NCBI GenBank assembly: GCA_963843845.1
Contig: CAWJMB010000002.1
Location: 2,176,001 to 2,240,000, forward strand
Source: an uncultured Gemmatimonadaceae bacterium
GTDB lineage: Bacteria; Gemmatimonadota; Gemmatimonadetes; Gemmatimonadales; Gemmatimonadaceae
Length of the DNA: 64,000 nt
Direction: 5' to 3'
How positions within the stretch are numbered: the stretch's first letter is position 1; every line of letters starts with the position of its first letter. Shown here one piece after another: positions 31,531 to 43,622 of this stretch. The position numbers and the translations under genes were made by a program. The notes under the pieces were generated by a model that saw only the letters and a list, made by a program, of their open reading frames with translations, had not been told where the DNA came from and did no database searches.

Positions 31531-32010
31531 GGGGTCATTCGCTCACGCAGCGCCGCGGCGACCGCCGGGTGGACGACCCGTGACACGTCGCCGCCGAGTC
31601 GCGCGATCTCGCGCACGAAGGTCGAGCTGACGTGCGCGAACTCGGACGCCGGGGTGAGAATGATGGTTTCGAGCTCCGGAGCGAGCTCGCGGTTCATGCG
31701 CGCCATCTGCTGCTCGTAGTCGAAATCCGTCACACCGCGCACGCCGCGCACGAGCACCGTCGCGCCGACGGCGCGCGCGAGGTCGACGAGCAGCCCGCTC
31801 AGCTCGCGCACCTCCACTCCCTCCGATGCCAACGCGCTCCGGACGAGGCGCGTGCGCTCGGCGAGCTGAGAAGAGCGACGTCTTGGCACTGTTGACCGAC
31901 ACCGCGACGACGACGCGGTCGACGACGCGCAGCGCCCGGCGCACGATGTCCTCGTGGCCGCGCGTGAACGGATCGAAGCTGCCGGCGTAGACGCCGATCC
32001 GGTCAGCCAT
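31527..32010 (-). CDS. coaD: Pantetheine-phosphate adenylyltransferase (frameshift near 31870)
   Basis: [12 protein letters not shown] then [25 protein letters not shown]. Confidence 0.93.
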
Positions 32011-32534
32011 GCGGCCGGGCGCTGCGGTAGAAGGTGATCGACGTGGTTCCGTAGCGTCGCGTCTCGCCACCGGCCGGCATCGCCGCGTACGACGCGTGCT
32101 CGACGCCGAGCACCGAGGCGAACGGCACGTCGAGCCACCGCGCCGCGAGCTGCTGTGCCGCGTCGTGTGCGTACGGCGGGTCGGCGAACGCGACGTCGTA
32201 CGCCTCGGCGCTCAGGGCGAGCGCGAAGCGGAGCGCGTCCCCGCGCCGCACCCGTGCCGCGTCGCCCGCGCCGAGCCGGTCGATGTTCTGACGCAGCACC
32301 GTGAGCGACGTCGGCGCGCGCTCGACGAAGTCGGCGCTGCGGCACCGCGCGACAGCGCCTCGAGGCCGAGCGCGCCCGAGCCGGCGAAGAGGTCGAGCAC
32401 CCGCGCGCCGGGAATGTCCGGCGAGACGATGCTGAGCCATGCCTCGCGCACGCGGTCCGCGGTCGGCCGCACGCGCTCGTCGCGCGGCGCGTCTCGATCA
32501 GCCGGCCGCGCCAGCGCCCCGCGACGATGCGCAC
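32003..32534 (-). CDS. rsmD: 16S rRNA m2G966 methyltransferase (two frameshifts)
   Basis: [49 protein letters not shown]. Confidence 0.92.
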
Positions 32535-32538
32535 GGCG

Positions 32539-34320
32539 TCAGGTCGGCGAGGGAGCGACGTCGAGCAGCTTCGCCTGCAGGCGACTCTGTCCGCGGTACT
32601 CGTCGCGCTCGAGCCGGTACGCGATGTCGACCGCACGCGCGTCGACGAGGCGGGGCGCGCGTGACGCGAGGCCCCAGCCGATCGCCTCGCTCGGCCCGCC
32701 GCCGGCGCCGAACCGCAGGCGGAGTCCGTCCTCTCCGACGAGCTCGGGCGGGCCGGCGAGGGCGACGCCGCGCGACACGAGCACTGGCGCCGCGTTGCCG
32801 ACGCCGAACGGCTCGAAATGGCGCAGCATCGCCTCGAGCTCCTCGTTGGCGTCGGCGATCGGCAGCTCGAGATCGACGCGGAGCTCCGGGACGAGGTCGT
32901 CGACGCCGAGCCGCGCGCGCGCGACGGCGTTGAATCGCTCGGCGAACAGGTCGAGCTTGGCGGCGTCGATCGTCACGCCGGCCGCCGCGCGGTGGCCGCC
33001 GAACCGCTGGAACAGGCCGTCGGCGTTGCACTCGGTGAGCGCCGCGTGCAGGTCGAATGCGGCGATCGAACGGCCGCTTCCCTTGCCGACGCCCTCGTCG
33101 ACTGCGACGAGCACCGCCGGCCGCCCTGTCTCCTCGACGATGCGCGACGCGACGATGCCGATGACGCCGGGGTGCCACCCGTCACCGGCGATGACGAGCC
33201 CGTACGTCGCATCGAGGTCGATCGCGTCGAGCTGCCGGCGCGCCTGGGTCAGCGTCGCGCGGTCGATCTCCTGACGCCGGCGATTCAGCTCCTCGAGCTC
33301 CCGGGCGATCGTGTTCGCCTCGTGCTCGTCGTCGGTCGTCAACAGCTCGACGCCGCGCAGCGCGTGCCCGAGCCGGCCGACCGCGTTGAGGCGTGGCGCG
33401 AGGATGTAGCCGACGCGCCCAGCGGTCAGCGCACGGTCGTCGAGCGCCGCGGCGCGGATGAGGGCACGCAGCCCCGGCAGCGTCGACTCACCCAACATGC
33501 GAAGCCCGTAGCGCGCGAGCACGCGGTTCTCTCCGCGCAGGGGCGCGATGTCCGCGATCGTCGCGAGCGCCACGAGGTCGAGGAGCCGGAAGACGCCGTT
33601 GTCGCTGGCGCCCAACAGTCGCGTGACCGCGAGCGCGAGCTTGAACGCGACGCCGACGGCAGCGAGTCCGCGGTCCGCGGCCGGATACTCGCTATCGGGG
33701 AGGTTGGGATTCAGCAGCGCCACGCACTTCGGCAGCGGGTGTCCGGCGCCCGGAAGGTGGTGGTCGCTGACGATGACGTCGATCCCCGCCGCGGTGAGCG
33801 AGGCGACGTGTTCGTGCGCGCTCGTCCCGCAATCGCACGTCACGAGCACGCCGGCGCCGGCCGCGACGGCCGCGCGCACGCCGGCCTCGGTGAGATCGTA
33901 GCCGTCGGTGATGCGATGCGGAATGAACGGCACGACGCGCGCGCCGAGTCCGCGCAGGACCCGCGTGAGGAGCGCCGTCGAGCACATCCCGTCCACGTCG
34001 TAGTCGCCGTGCACCACGACCGTCTCGCCTCGGCGGCACGCCGTCGCGAGCCGATCGGCCGCGACCGCCACACCCGCGAGCAGCGACGGGTCGTGCAACT
34101 GCTCGAGGCGGGGGCGGAGGAAGAGCCGCGCGGCGTCGGGCAAGGTGTGGCCGCGCGCTGCGACGAGCTGCGCGATGGGGCCGGGGAGGCGCAGCTCCGC
34201 GCTGAGCCTCGCGACGGCGTCGGCGTCGGGGCGCGGCGCGGCGACCCAGCGCGGCTGCGGGCGCTGCCGCGTGCGGGGTGCGGTCGGGCTCACCGTCGGC
34301 GTCGTCGCGAGCGTGGTCAC
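32539..34320 (-). CDS. recJ: ssDNA exonuclease RecJ
   Basis: GDYDVDG, TCDCG, DHH, ATIADIAPL.GENR, PRLNAVGRL, HPGVIGIVASR, GSGRS, GGH.AAAG, PFG.GN. Confidence 0.96.
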   Translation of the reverse strand: MTTLATTPTVSPTAPRTRQRPQPRWVAAPRPDADAVARLSAELRLPGPIAQLVAARGHTLPDAARLFLRPRLEQLHDPSLLAGVAVAADRLATACRRGETVVVHGDYDVDGMCSTALLTRVLRGLGARVVPFIPHRITDGYDLTEAGVRAAVAAGAGVLVTCDCGTSAHEHVASLTAAGIDVIVSDHHLPGAGHPLPKCVALLNPNLPDSEYPAADRGLAAVGVAFKLALAVTRLLGASDNGVFRLLDLVALATIADIAPLRGENRVLARYGLRMLGESTLPGLRALIRAAALDDRALTAGRVGYILAPRLNAVGRLGHALRGVELLTTDDEHEANTIARELEELNRRRQEIDRATLTQARRQLDAIDLDATYGLVIAGDGWHPGVIGIVASRIVEETGRPAVLVAVDEGVGKGSGRSIAAFDLHAALTECNADGLFQRFGGHRAAAGVTIDAAKLDLFAERFNAVARARLGVDDLVPELRVDLELPIADANEELEAMLRHFEPFGVGNAAPVLVSRGVALAGPPELVGEDGLRLRFGAGGGPSEAIGWGLASRAPRLVDARAVDIAYRLERDEYRGQSRLQAKLLDVAPSPT

Positions 34321-34377
34321 GGCGGTCAATCTACAGGCCAGTTCGTGCCGCGCACACCGACCCCGCGTCGCATGCCA

Positions 34378-36330
34378 TCAGCTCGGCGCGATCGCGTTGC
34401 GATCGTCGCGGAGCTGCGCCTTGCGCGCGATGAGTGCGTCTTTCTCCGCGTCGCTCATGGGGCGGTCCGGGTCGAGCAGCATGGCGTCGATGCGCTTCCG
34501 CTCCTCTTCGATCGCGCGGACCTCGAGCTTGCGCAGCCACGCTCGCACGTGCGTCATCGGGTTCGGCAGCGGCTCGGCGACGAGAGCGTTGACGGCGTCG
34601 ACCTCGGCCTCGGTCATCCCCTCGCACACGGCCTCCAACGACGGCTCGTCGGTCGCCAGCAGCCGCTCGAAGATTCTGCGGTAGACGGGATGGTGAAAAT
34701 GCTCAGGCCCCCAGCGCTCGACGACGGTGTCGACCTGATCGCGATCCTGGAGCATCGACTGGACGAGTCCCTTCTCCGCGGCGGCGATGCGCGCCGACGG
34801 TGTCACCCGCGCGACCGCGTGCGAGCTCGCCCAGTCGTCGGTGCGCCGGAAGCCGCGACGGCGCTCGTCGCCGCGCCCGCGCTTGCGATCGCGCGACCAC
34901 TCGTCGCGAGGGCGCGGCCGTTCCTCGAACAGCACTCCGTCGACGGTGGCGTCGGCGGGCGCGGTCGTCGACGCGCGCGGCGACTCGCGGGCGCCGTCGC
35001 GGATGCCGTCGCGCGACGAGTCGCTCGGCGTCCGGCCGCGGCGCGTCCGATCGCCCTGCGCCGCCTCGTGAAGCAGCACGTCGCGGGCGACGCCCGTGAC
35101 TTCGGAGAGGCGCCCCACGTACAGGTCGCGTGTGAGGGGGTCGGTCGCCGCGCGGATCGTCGGCAGCAGTCGGTCGATCGCGGCACGCTTGCGGCTCAGG
35201 TCCTCGAACCAGCCCTTCCGCTGGATCATCATCACCTGGCGCTCGAACACGTCGACCGCCTGCGTCAGTTGCGCTTCCAGCCCGCGCGCGCCGTGCGCGC
35301 GGACGAACGAGTCCGGATCCTCGCCGTCCGGCAGCGACGCCACCCGCGCCGAGACGCCGTGACGGAGCAGCTCGTGTCCGGCGCGAAAGGTGGCCTTCTG
35401 GCCGGCCGCGTCGCTGTCGTACAGCAGGATCACATGGTTCGTCAGCTTGGCGAGCAGGGCGGACTGCTGCTCGGTGAGCGCGGTACCTAACGGTGCGACG
35501 ACCTCGTCGATGCCCGCGAGCGCGAGCCGGATCGCGTCGAAGTAGCCCTCGACGACGAGTGCGCGCTCCGCCTTGCGGATGGCGTGGCGCGCGCTGGACA
35601 GCCCGTAGAGCAGTCGCCCCTTGCTGAACACTTCCGATTCTGGCGAGTTGAGGTACTTCGGCTCGCCGTCTCCGATCACGCGTCCGCCGAACCCGACGTG
35701 GCGCCCCGACGTATCGAGAATCGGGATCATCAGTCGGTTCCAGAAGCGCGACCGCGCCTCTTCCTGATCGTCGCGCTGCGCCATCAACCCGGCCGCGATC
35801 AGCCGCGCGTCGTCGTAGCCGAGCGCGTGGAGATGTGCGCGCAGCCTCGAGCCGTCGCGCGGTGCCCAGCCCAGCTCGAACCGCGTCGCCGCGTCGCGAT
35901 CGATGTCGCGCGACGCGAGATACTCACGCGCCGGCGCGGCATCGTCCTCGGTCCACAGCGTATCGCGGAACCACTCGGCGGCCGCGGCGTTCGCCTCCCA
36001 GAGCGGCTCGCGCGGGTCGGCAGTCTGCGCGGAACGCTTCTCCTCCTTGATCTCGACGCCCGCGCGGTCGGCGACGTAGCGAACGGCCTCGGCGAAGTCC
36101 ATCCCCATCCGCTCGCGCACGAAGGTGAAGACATCCCCCTTCACGTGGCAGACGAAGCAGTGGTACGAGTTGTAGCGCGGCGACACCGAGAAGTTCGGCC
36201 CCTTGCCGTTGTGGAACGGACACGGTCCGCGGAAGTCCGCGCCGGTGCGGCGCAGCTTCACCTCCTCGCCGATGATCTCGACGATGTCCGCCGCCTCGCG
36301 CACGCGGTCGATCGACTCGGCGGTGATCAC
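34378..36330 (-). CDS. dnaG: DNA primase
   Basis: CPFH..HCF.C zinc finger, GFGGR, PKYLNSPE, VVEGYFD, PLGTALT, YDSDAAG TOPRIM, DPD. Confidence 0.97.
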   Translation of the reverse strand: MITAESIDRVREAADIVEIIGEEVKLRRTGADFRGPCPFHNGKGPNFSVSPRYNSYHCFVCHVKGDVFTFVRERMGMDFAEAVRYVADRAGVEIKEEKRSAQTADPREPLWEANAAAAEWFRDTLWTEDDAAPAREYLASRDIDRDAATRFELGWAPRDGSRLRAHLHALGYDDARLIAAGLMAQRDDQEEARSRFWNRLMIPILDTSGRHVGFGGRVIGDGEPKYLNSPESEVFSKGRLLYGLSSARHAIRKAERALVVEGYFDAIRLALAGIDEVVAPLGTALTEQQSALLAKLTNHVILLYDSDAAGQKATFRAGHELLRHGVSARVASLPDGEDPDSFVRAHGARGLEAQLTQAVDVFERQVMMIQRKGWFEDLSRKRAAIDRLLPTIRAATDPLTRDLYVGRLSEVTGVARDVLLHEAAQGDRTRRGRTPSDSSRDGIRDGARESPRASTTAPADATVDGVLFEERPRPRDEWSRDRKRGRGDERRRGFRRTDDWASSHAVARVTPSARIAAAEKGLVQSMLQDRDQVDTVVERWGPEHFHHPVYRRIFERLLATDEPSLEAVCEGMTEAEVDAVNALVAEPLPNPMTHVRAWLRKLEVRAIEEERKRIDAMLLDPDRPMSDAEKDALIARKAQLRDDRNAIAPS

Positions 36331-36340
36331 GCGCGCGACC

Positions 36341-38755
36341 TCACTCGAGGTCGACGACGCTCACGCCCGCGCCGCCCTCGTTCCACAGGCCGAGTCGAAA
36401 GCCCTTCACGCGCGTGTCCTTGCGGAGCAACTCGCCGACGCGCTCGCGCAGCGCGCCGGTCCCTTTCCCGTGGATGATGCGTACGCTGCGCAGGTCGGCG
36501 CGCACGGCCGCATCGATCGACTGGAGCAGGTAGTCGTCCATCTCGCCGATGCGCATCCCGCGCAGATCGATCTCGCTCGACACGTGCACGTCCGGCACGT
36601 CGCCGAGCATCGGCACGACGATCTCGGGCTTCGCGCGCTGCTGCGACGTCTTCGTGAGCGTGCGGAGCGGCACGGTCAGCTTCATGACCCCGACCGCGAC
36701 GACGGCGTCCCGGTCGCGCAGCTCGACGAGCGTGCCGACCTTGCCGCCCAGCGTCGCGATCTCGACGGCGTCGCCCTCCGCGAGCGACTCGCGGGCGGTC
36801 GGGCGCGACGCGGGCTGCTGCGGTCGCGTCTTCCGCTCCGCGTTGCGCTCCTCGCGCTCGAGTCGATCGAGCTGCGCATTCTGGCGCGCTGCGGACTCCT
36901 CGATGCCGCGGCGCGCCTCGCGCGCTCTCTCCTCCACCGCGTCCCCGGCCGCCGCACGAAGCTCGCGCACGCGTTCGGTCGATCTCCTTGCGCGCATCGA
37001 GCAGATACCGCCGCGCCTCGTGGCGCGCCTCGCGCTCGGCCTGCCGCTCACGCTCGCGAACGCGCGTCTCGCGCTCCGCCAGCCGCTGCGCGCGGGCCTG
37101 CCCGCTCGCGACGAGCTCCTCGGCCAGCGTCTCGCGATCGGCGAGCAGCTTCTCGCGCGCTTCCAGGTCGGCGAGCAGACGGTCGACGTCTCGCTCTCCC
37201 TTCGGCACGCGCTCGATCGCGCGCTCGACGATCGAGTCGGGCATGTTGAGCCGCCGAGCGATCGCGATGCCGTACGAGCGCCCCGGAATCCCTTTCACGA
37301 GCCGGTACGTGGGCGCGAGCGCGACGGCATCGAACTGGAGCGACGCGTTCACGACGCCCGGGACTTCGGTCGCCAGCTCCTTCAGCGCGCCGAGGTGCGT
37401 CGTCGCGATCGACGTCGTGCCGCGGCGCGTCAGCTCTTCGAGCACGGCGCCGCCGAGCGCCGCGCCCTCGAGCGGGTCGGTGCCCGGACCCCAGCTCGTC
37501 GATCAGCACGAGCGACGCGTGCGGTCGCCGAGCCGACGATCTCGGTGAGATTCTTGAGGTGGGCGCTGAACGTCGAGAGACTGGCCTGGATCGACTGCTC
37601 GTCGCCGACGTCGGCGAAGAAGTCGTCGAACACCGCGACGCGGCTCTCCGCGTCGACCGGTGCGGGGATGCCGCTCTGGGCGAGCAGCGACAGCAGGGCG
37701 AGCGCTTTGAGGAGCACGGTCTTGCCGCCCGTGTTCGGTCCGGAGACGAGCAGCGTATGCTCGTCGCGCTCCATCGCGAGGTCGAACGGCACGACCTCGA
37801 CCCCCTGCGCGAGGAGGAGGGGATGGCGGCCGCGGCGCACCGTGAACCCGTCGCCGGCCCGGACGAGGTCGAACGGTGCGCACTCGAACTCGCGGCCGAA
37901 GCGGGCGCGCGCGTACAGCGTGTCGAGCTCCACGAGCGCGTCGAGCGCGCCCATCATCTCCTCGCGCAGCGGCCGCAGCTCTTCGGTCAACTCGCGCACG
38001 ATGCGGTCGATCTCGCGCAGCTCCTCCGCCTCGAGCTCGCGGATGCGGTTTCCGAACTCGACGGCCGCGGGCGGCTCGACGAACAGCGTCGCTCCGGTGG
38101 ACGAGCTGTCGTGCACGATCCCACCGACCGTGACGCGGGCGTGCGCGCGCACCGGAATGACGTAGCGCCCGTTGCGCACGGTGACCGACATGTCGGTCAC
38201 CTGCTGGTGCGGCTCGAGGCGCATCATCGTGCGCTCGAGCAGCGCGACGAGCTCCCCTTGCGACGCGCGCAGCTCGCGGCGCACGCTGCGCAGCTTCGGA
38301 CTCGCCTCGTCGCGGACGGTGCCGTCATCGGCGATCGCGCGCCCGATCTGCTCCTCGACCCGTCGCGCGCTGACGAGGCGCTGCACGAGATGCGACAGCA
38401 CGGCCACCACGAGCGCCGGCCGCTTCGCGTCCCCCAACGTCTCGCGCGTGCGTCTCGACGACTGCAGGAGCTGCGCACCGGACAGCAACTCGGGCGCACT
38501 CCACGCCGTGCCGGCGACGCGGAGTCTCGCGAGCGGTTCGGCCAGGTCCGGAATGCGCTCCGTCGCCCAGCCGAGATCCGACTCGACGAGCGCGCGCATC
38601 GCAGCGACGCGCCGATGCTCCGCCGTCAACCCGGCGAGGTCGGTGCTCGGCTGCAGCGCGCGGACGCGACGCGCACCGAGGGCCGAGCTGGCGCGTTCGG
38701 CGACGACGGCGAGGACGCGGGAGTACTCCAGGACGGAGAGGGCGTGCGAGTTCAT
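36341..38755 (-). CDS. mutS2: Endonuclease MutS2 with Smr domain (about three frameshifts)
   Basis: HDSSSTGATLFVEP, GRHPLL, GPNTGGKT, GDEQSI..SLSTFSAH, LIDELGSG, ATTH, PGRSYG, IDLRG, IIHGKGTG. Confidence 0.93.
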
Positions 38756-38801
38756 ACGTCCCTCATTTTACCCTGAACACCCCTCGCCGGTGCCCGCCCG
38801 C

Positions 38802-39245
38802 TCACCTCGGCGTGGCCAGCTCCGCTCGCGCGATCGCACTGATGGTGCTTCCCTCGGCGCGCCCCTTGAATTCCGCCATCACCTTCCCCATCACGGCGCC
38901 GATGTTCGCGGCCCCGCCGTCGATGGCCGAGCGGACGGCGGCGCGGAGCTCGTCCTCGCTCACCGTCGGCGGCAGGTAGCGCTCGAGCCTCGTCGCTTCG
39001 TCGCGCTCCTTCTGCGCGAGCTCGTCGCGACCGGCCGTCTCGTACATCGCGATCGCTTCGCGGCGCCGTTTGATCGCCTTGCGCAGCACGTCGACGACGT
39101 CGTCGTCGGTCAGATCGCGGCGCAGCTCGATCTCCTTGTTCCGCGCCTCGGCGAGCGTCGTGCCCAACACGAGCGTGAGCGGCTTGTCCTGGGCCTTGCG
39201 CGAGGCGGTCAGCTCCGCGTGAAGCCGGTCGAGGAGTGGTGGCAT
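38802..39245 (-). CDS. GatB/YqeY domain protein
   Basis: KAIKRRREAI..Y..AGR.ELA.KE..E...L..YLP, IGAVMG. Confidence 0.9.
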   Translation of the reverse strand: MPPLLDRLHAELTASRKAQDKPLTLVLGTTLAEARNKEIELRRDLTDDDVVDVLRKAIKRRREAIAMYETAGRDELAQKERDEATRLERYLPPTVSEDELRAAVRSAIDGGAANIGAVMGKVMAEFKGRAEGSTISAIARAELATPR

Positions 39246-39278
39246 GACGTCGGTGTGGGCGGAACGCAGGGTCGGATG

Positions 39279-39620
39279 TCAGCCGGGCGGCCAACGAAAC
39301 CCGCGTCCGCCGAGCAGGTGCAGGTGAAGATGGAAGACGGTCTGCCCCGCGTCGGGACCGGTGTTCACGACGGTTCGGTAGCCGCCGTCCGCGATCCCCT
39401 CGTCGCGCGCGACCTTCGCCGCGAGCAGCGACAGCTCGCCGAGCATGGTCGCATCGGTCGCCTCGTTCAGCGAGGCGACGTGCTCGCGCGGAATGACGAG
39501 CACGTGCGTCGGCGCGCGGGGGTCGATGTCGCGGAACGCGACGCACCGCTCCGTCTCGGCGACGCGCGCAGCCGGGATCTCGCCGCGGACGATGCGGCAG
39601 AAGAGGCAAGGTTCGGTCAT
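39279..39620 (-). CDS. Histidine triad nucleotide-binding protein
   Basis: CLFCRIV.GEIP, AFRDI.P.AP.HVLVIP, GQTVFHLHLHLLGGR. Confidence 0.95.
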   Translation of the reverse strand: MTEPCLFCRIVRGEIPAARVAETERCVAFRDIDPRAPTHVLVIPREHVASLNEATDATMLGELSLLAAKVARDEGIADGGYRTVVNTGPDAGQTVFHLHLHLLGGRGFRWPPG

Positions 39621-39642
39621 CGGCGCGTGGGGGCGAGAAACG

Positions 39643-40446
39643 TTAGGCGGTGGACCGCGACGGGTCCGAGTCCGACGACCGCGTGGACGGCGGCGCGGGC
39701 GATCCGTGCGAGCGGTGGAGCGCGGCCCGCGCGAACGCCACGCCGACGACCGCGGCTGTCTCGAACCGAAGGATATGCCCCGGGAGCCGGACGCGCGTGA
39801 ATCCCGCCGCGTCGAGCGCCGCCAGCTCGGTGCGCTCGACGCCCCCCTCCGGGCCCACGGCGAGCGAGACCGACCCGCCGACCTCGACGCGATCGATCGG
39901 GACGCCGTCGACGTCGAGCACGAGCCGTGTCGTCCCATCCGGGAGCGCGAGCAGGGCGCGCTCGAGCGACGCGTCGGGGTGCAACGTGGGGAGCCACGCG
40001 GCCTCGCTCTGCATCAGCGCGGCGATCATCCGCGCGCGGATCTTTCCCTGGAACCCGGCGCCCTCGCCGCGCGGCCCGACGCTGTGCGACCGCCGCCAGA
40101 TCGTCGGCCGCCAGCTCGCCACGCCGAGCTCGGTCGCCTTCTCGGCGAGCCACAGCATGCGCTCGCGGTCGGCGACCGGCGCCAGCAGGTGCACGTCGGC
40201 GCCGCGCTCGACGTGCCCGACGGCGCCGAGCTGCACCACGGCGTGCGATTTCGCGAGTCGCGTGACGCGGCCGTCGCTCACGGCGCCGCAGCCGTCACGC
40301 AGCGCGACCGCGTCGTTCACCTCGAGGCGTCGGACGCGCATGTGATGCGCGGCTTCCTCACCGAGCGTGACCATCCCGCCGTCGACGAGGGCGTCGGGGG
40401 AGAAGAACGTCGGCGTCGTCGGTGTGTCGGCGCGCGTGCCGCTCAC
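39643..40446 (-). CDS. rsmE: 16S rRNA m3U1498 methyltransferase
   Basis: AHHMRVRR, EKATELGV, VGPEGG, ILRFETAA; follows prmA. Confidence 0.88.
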   Translation of the reverse strand: MSGTRADTPTTPTFFSPDALVDGGMVTLGEEAAHHMRVRRLEVNDAVALRDGCGAVSDGRVTRLAKSHAVVQLGAVGHVERGADVHLLAPVADRERMLWLAEKATELGVASWRPTIWRRSHSVGPRGEGAGFQGKIRARMIAALMQSEAAWLPTLHPDASLERALLALPDGTTRLVLDVDGVPIDRVEVGGSVSLAVGPEGGVERTELAALDAAGFTRVRLPGHILRFETAAVVGVAFARAALHRSHGSPAPPSTRSSDSDPSRSTA

Positions 40447-40450
40447 ACGC

Positions 40451-41290
40451 TCACCGGCGCCGCACGACCGCCGACCACCACGCGTCCTCGACATCCTCCT
40501 CCGAGACCCGAAGCCCGAACGGCGCGAGCGCGTCGATCATCCGCTCGCGCTCGTCGCGCAGGATGCCGCTCAGCACGGCGACGCCGTCCGCGGGGAGCGC
40601 CGCGCTGATCGCCGGCAGTAGTTCGACGACGACGCTCGAGATGATGTTCGCGAGGATCACCCGGACCGGCGCGACGAGCGGCAGCAGCAGCTTGGCGTCG
40701 CCCTGCACGATCGTCACGACGTCCGCGACGCCGTTGCGCCTGACGTTCTCTTCGGCGTTGCCGATCGCGTCGGGATCGAACTCGATCGCGATGACGCGCG
40801 ACGCGCCGAGCTTCGCGACGGCGATCGAGAGCACGGCGCTCCCCGCACCGAGGTCCGCGACGAAGTCGCCGCGCCGAACGACCGTCGGCAGCAGCCGGAG
40901 CACGCCGCGGGTCGTCGGATGATCGCCGGTCCCGAACGCCATCCCGGGGTCGATGACGATCGTTCGCGCCGCGTCGAGCCCCTCCGCGAGCCACGGAGGC
41001 GAGACCGTGAGCGCGCCGAGGTCGTGCGCCGACACGTGCGCCCGCCACCCGTCGGTCCAGTCGAGCGGTTCGGCCGGTGCGATGACGACGTCGGCGTCCG
41101 GGTCGGCGGCGGCGATCGCGTCGCGGATCGCCGCGATGTCGGTCTCGGGCGGGAACTGCGTGACGAGCGTCTCCCCGTCCTCGTGCAGCCCGAGCGAGCC
41201 GGCGTCGAACAGCGCCGTCACGACCCGCTCGCGGCCCTCGTCGCCGCGCGGGCGCACCCGGACGGCGATCCAGCGCGCGTCGTCGGTCAC
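40451..41290 (-). CDS. prmA: Ribosomal protein L11 methyltransferase
   Basis: [34 protein letters not shown]. Confidence 0.93.
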   Translation of the reverse strand: MTDDARWIAVRVRPRGDEGRERVVTALFDAGSLGLHEDGETLVTQFPPETDIAAIRDAIAAADPDADVVIAPAEPLDWTDGWRAHVSAHDLGALTVSPPWLAEGLDAARTIVIDPGMAFGTGDHPTTRGVLRLLPTVVRRGDFVADLGAGSAVLSIAVAKLGASRVIAIEFDPDAIGNAEENVRRNGVADVVTIVQGDAKLLLPLVAPVRVILANIISSVVVELLPAISAALPADGVAVLSGILRDERERMIDALAPFGLRVSEEDVEDAWWSAVVRRR

Positions 41291-42447
41291 GCGCCGAGCG
41301 CTTCTTTCATCTTCGACCAGAGCCCTTTCGCGCGTGGCGCCTGCTGCGGCGTGGCCGGCTGCACCGTCGCCAGCTCGTCGATCAGCTCGCGCTCGCGCGG
41401 CGAGAGCGTGTCGGGGGTCCAGAGCTGCACGCGCACGTGGAGATCGCCCACGCCCGACGCGTTGACACGCGGCAGGCCGCGCCCTCTGAGGTGAAATACC
41501 TGCCCGCTCTGCGTCCCGGGCGGGATGCGCACCGACAGATCGCCCATCACGCCGGGCGCCGCGACATCGGCGCCCAGCACGAGCTGCGGGTACGTGACGA
41601 GCACCTCGCAGAACAGATCCTCGCCGTCACGCTCGAAGCGCTGGTCTTCCTCGACGTCGAACAGAACGAGCACGTCGCCGCGCGGGCCGCTCCGCGGACC
41701 GACGTTTCCCTGCCCGCGAAGCGTCATGTACTGCCCCGTCGCGACGCCAGCCGGCACACTGATCTTGATCGTCTTGTCGCCGCGCACGCGCCCTTCGCCA
41801 CGGCACTTCTTGCAGGGGGACGCGACGACCGTACCCTCGCCGGCGCACGTCGGGCACGGCGCGACGCTGACGAACTGTCCGAAGAACGAGCGCTGCGCGC
41901 GGCGCACCTCGCCACTCCCACTACACGTCGAGCAGGTCGACGGCTTCGTTCCGGGCTCGGCACCCTGCCCTTCGCAGCGGTCGCACGGATCGAGCAGCTT
42001 CAGCGTGACGGTTTTCTCGACGCCGGTCGCGACTTCCGGGAGCGTGAGCGCGAGCGAGAACTTCACGTCCGAGCCGGTCCGCGGTCCGCTCGCCTGCCGC
42101 CCGCCGCCGCCCCCGAACAGATCGCCGAGCCCGCTCATCCCACCCATGCCGCCGAAGTCGCGCATGAAGATGTTGAGCGCCTCGGAGAGGTCGACGTGAT
42201 GGAATCCTCCGCCGGCTCCGCCGCCTCCGCGCAGCCCCGCCTCGCCGAAGCGGTCGTAGGCCGCGCGCTTCTGCGGATCGCGGAGGGCGTCGTACGCCTC
42301 CGTGATCTGCTTGAACTTCTCCTCCGCGTCTTTCGACCCGCCGTTGCGATCGGGGTGGTACTGCATGGCGAGCTTGCGGTACGCCTTCTTGACGTCGTCC
42401 TCGCTCGCGTCGCGGGCGATGCCTAACGTGGTGTAGAAATCGGACAT
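41287..42447 (-). CDS. dnaJ: Chaperone DnaJ
   Basis: HPD J-domain, G/F region, four CxxCxGxG motifs. Confidence 0.98.
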   Translation of the reverse strand: MSDFYTTLGIARDASEDDVKKAYRKLAMQYHPDRNGGSKDAEEKFKQITEAYDALRDPQKRAAYDRFGEAGLRGGGGAGGGFHHVDLSEALNIFMRDFGGMGGMSGLGDLFGGGGGRQASGPRTGSDVKFSLALTLPEVATGVEKTVTLKLLDPCDRCEGQGAEPGTKPSTCSTCSGSGEVRRAQRSFFGQFVSVAPCPTCAGEGTVVASPCKKCRGEGRVRGDKTIKISVPAGVATGQYMTLRGQGNVGPRSGPRGDVLVLFDVEEDQRFERDGEDLFCEVLVTYPQLVLGADVAAPGVMGDLSVRIPPGTQSGQVFHLRGRGLPRVNASGVGDLHVRVQLWTPDTLSPRERELIDELATVQPATPQQAPRAKGLWSKMKEALGA

Positions 42448-42550
42448 TGGGCGGGCGGAGATGCTGAACTGGGATCGTGAGTGACGACGGGTACGGCGGG
42501 GTCGGTCGAACGCGGTCGATGGGGGAGGCCGGTGAGGATCGCCGCCGGCG

Positions 42551-43609
42551 TCAGTGCAGAAGGTCGGAGACGAGCCGCGACGTGTGACTCACGAGCGCGA
42601 TGACCTTCTCGTAGGGCATCCTCGTCGGCCCGATCACCCCGATCACGCCGCTGAGTCCCCCCATGTGGTACTCGGCGGTCACGACGGTGAACGGCTCGAG
42701 CCGCGGGTCCCCGTGCTCGGTGCCGATCGTGATCGAGACGTTCGGATGTGCCCCCGCGCTCCGCCGCATGAGCGCGGCCAGCTCCTCCGGCGTCTCTGTC
42801 AGCTCGAGCAGCCGTCGCATCCGGTCCGCGCTCGCGAATTCCGGCTGCTCGGCGAGCAGCGACGGCTGGCCGATGACGACGTCGGTCACCTCGGACGTGC
42901 TCGCCGCGTCGAACAGCCGAGCGCCGCCGGCGACGAAGATGTTCAGCAGTTCGTCACCGGACGCGGGTCGCGCGTCGCGGAGTCGGTCGGAGAGCGACTG
43001 CGTGATCTCCTCCAGGCGAACACCGGCGAGCCGCTCGTTCAGCACGCGGCAGACCTCGGACACCGCGTCGTCGGCGATCTCGCCGGGCACCTCGACGAAG
43101 ATCGTGCGGACGCCCCCGCTCTCGAGCGTCAGCACCATGAGGAGCCGGTCGCTCGTCAGCCGCACGAGGTCGATGCGCCGCAGCACCGCCTCGGCGAACC
43201 GCGGGCCGGTCGCGACACCCAACTCCTGCGTCAGCACGCCCAGCGTCTGCGCCGCCCGGCGGAGGATCGCCTCGATGGTCGAACCGCCGGTGCCGATCTG
43301 CTCCGCCAGCCTGGCCTGCTCGGCCTCGCCGACGAGCTCGGGATAGGCGCCGGACTCGGCGATCAGGTCGTCGACGTAGACGCGATACGCCTTGTGCGTC
43401 GGCACGCGACCGGCCGACGTGTGCGGGTGGTAGAGAAACCCCTTCTCTTCCAGGTCGCTCATCGTGTTGCGGATCGTCGCCGGCGACACACCCAGCCCGA
43501 ACCGTCGCGACAGCATCCGTGATCCAGCAGGCTCGGCAGTCGCGACGTAGCTCTGGATCACGGCGGCGAGCACGCGACGCTCCCGCGCCGACAACTCCTC
43601 AAACACCAT
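42551..43609 (-). CDS. hrcA: Heat-inducible transcription repressor HrcA
   Basis: [32 protein letters not shown]. Confidence 0.96.
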   Translation of the reverse strand: MVFEELSARERRVLAAVIQSYVATAEPAGSRMLSRRFGLGVSPATIRNTMSDLEEKGFLYHPHTSAGRVPTHKAYRVYVDDLIAESGAYPELVGEAEQARLAEQIGTGGSTIEAILRRAAQTLGVLTQELGVATGPRFAEAVLRRIDLVRLTSDRLLMVLTLESGGVRTIFVEVPGEIADDAVSEVCRVLNERLAGVRLEEITQSLSDRLRDARPASGDELLNIFVAGGARLFDAASTSEVTDVVIGQPSLLAEQPEFASADRMRRLLELTETPEELAALMRRSAGAHPNVSITIGTEHGDPRLEPFTVVTAEYHMGGLSGVIGVIGPTRMPYEKVIALVSHTSRLVSDLLH

Positions 43610-43622
43610 AAGTTGCTGAATA

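Noticed and set aside
34780..35070. Charged low-complexity insert in DnaG (similar extensions in XseA and PheT) as intein or new domain
   Set aside because: No intein splice motifs; looks like a disordered linker at a normally variable position.
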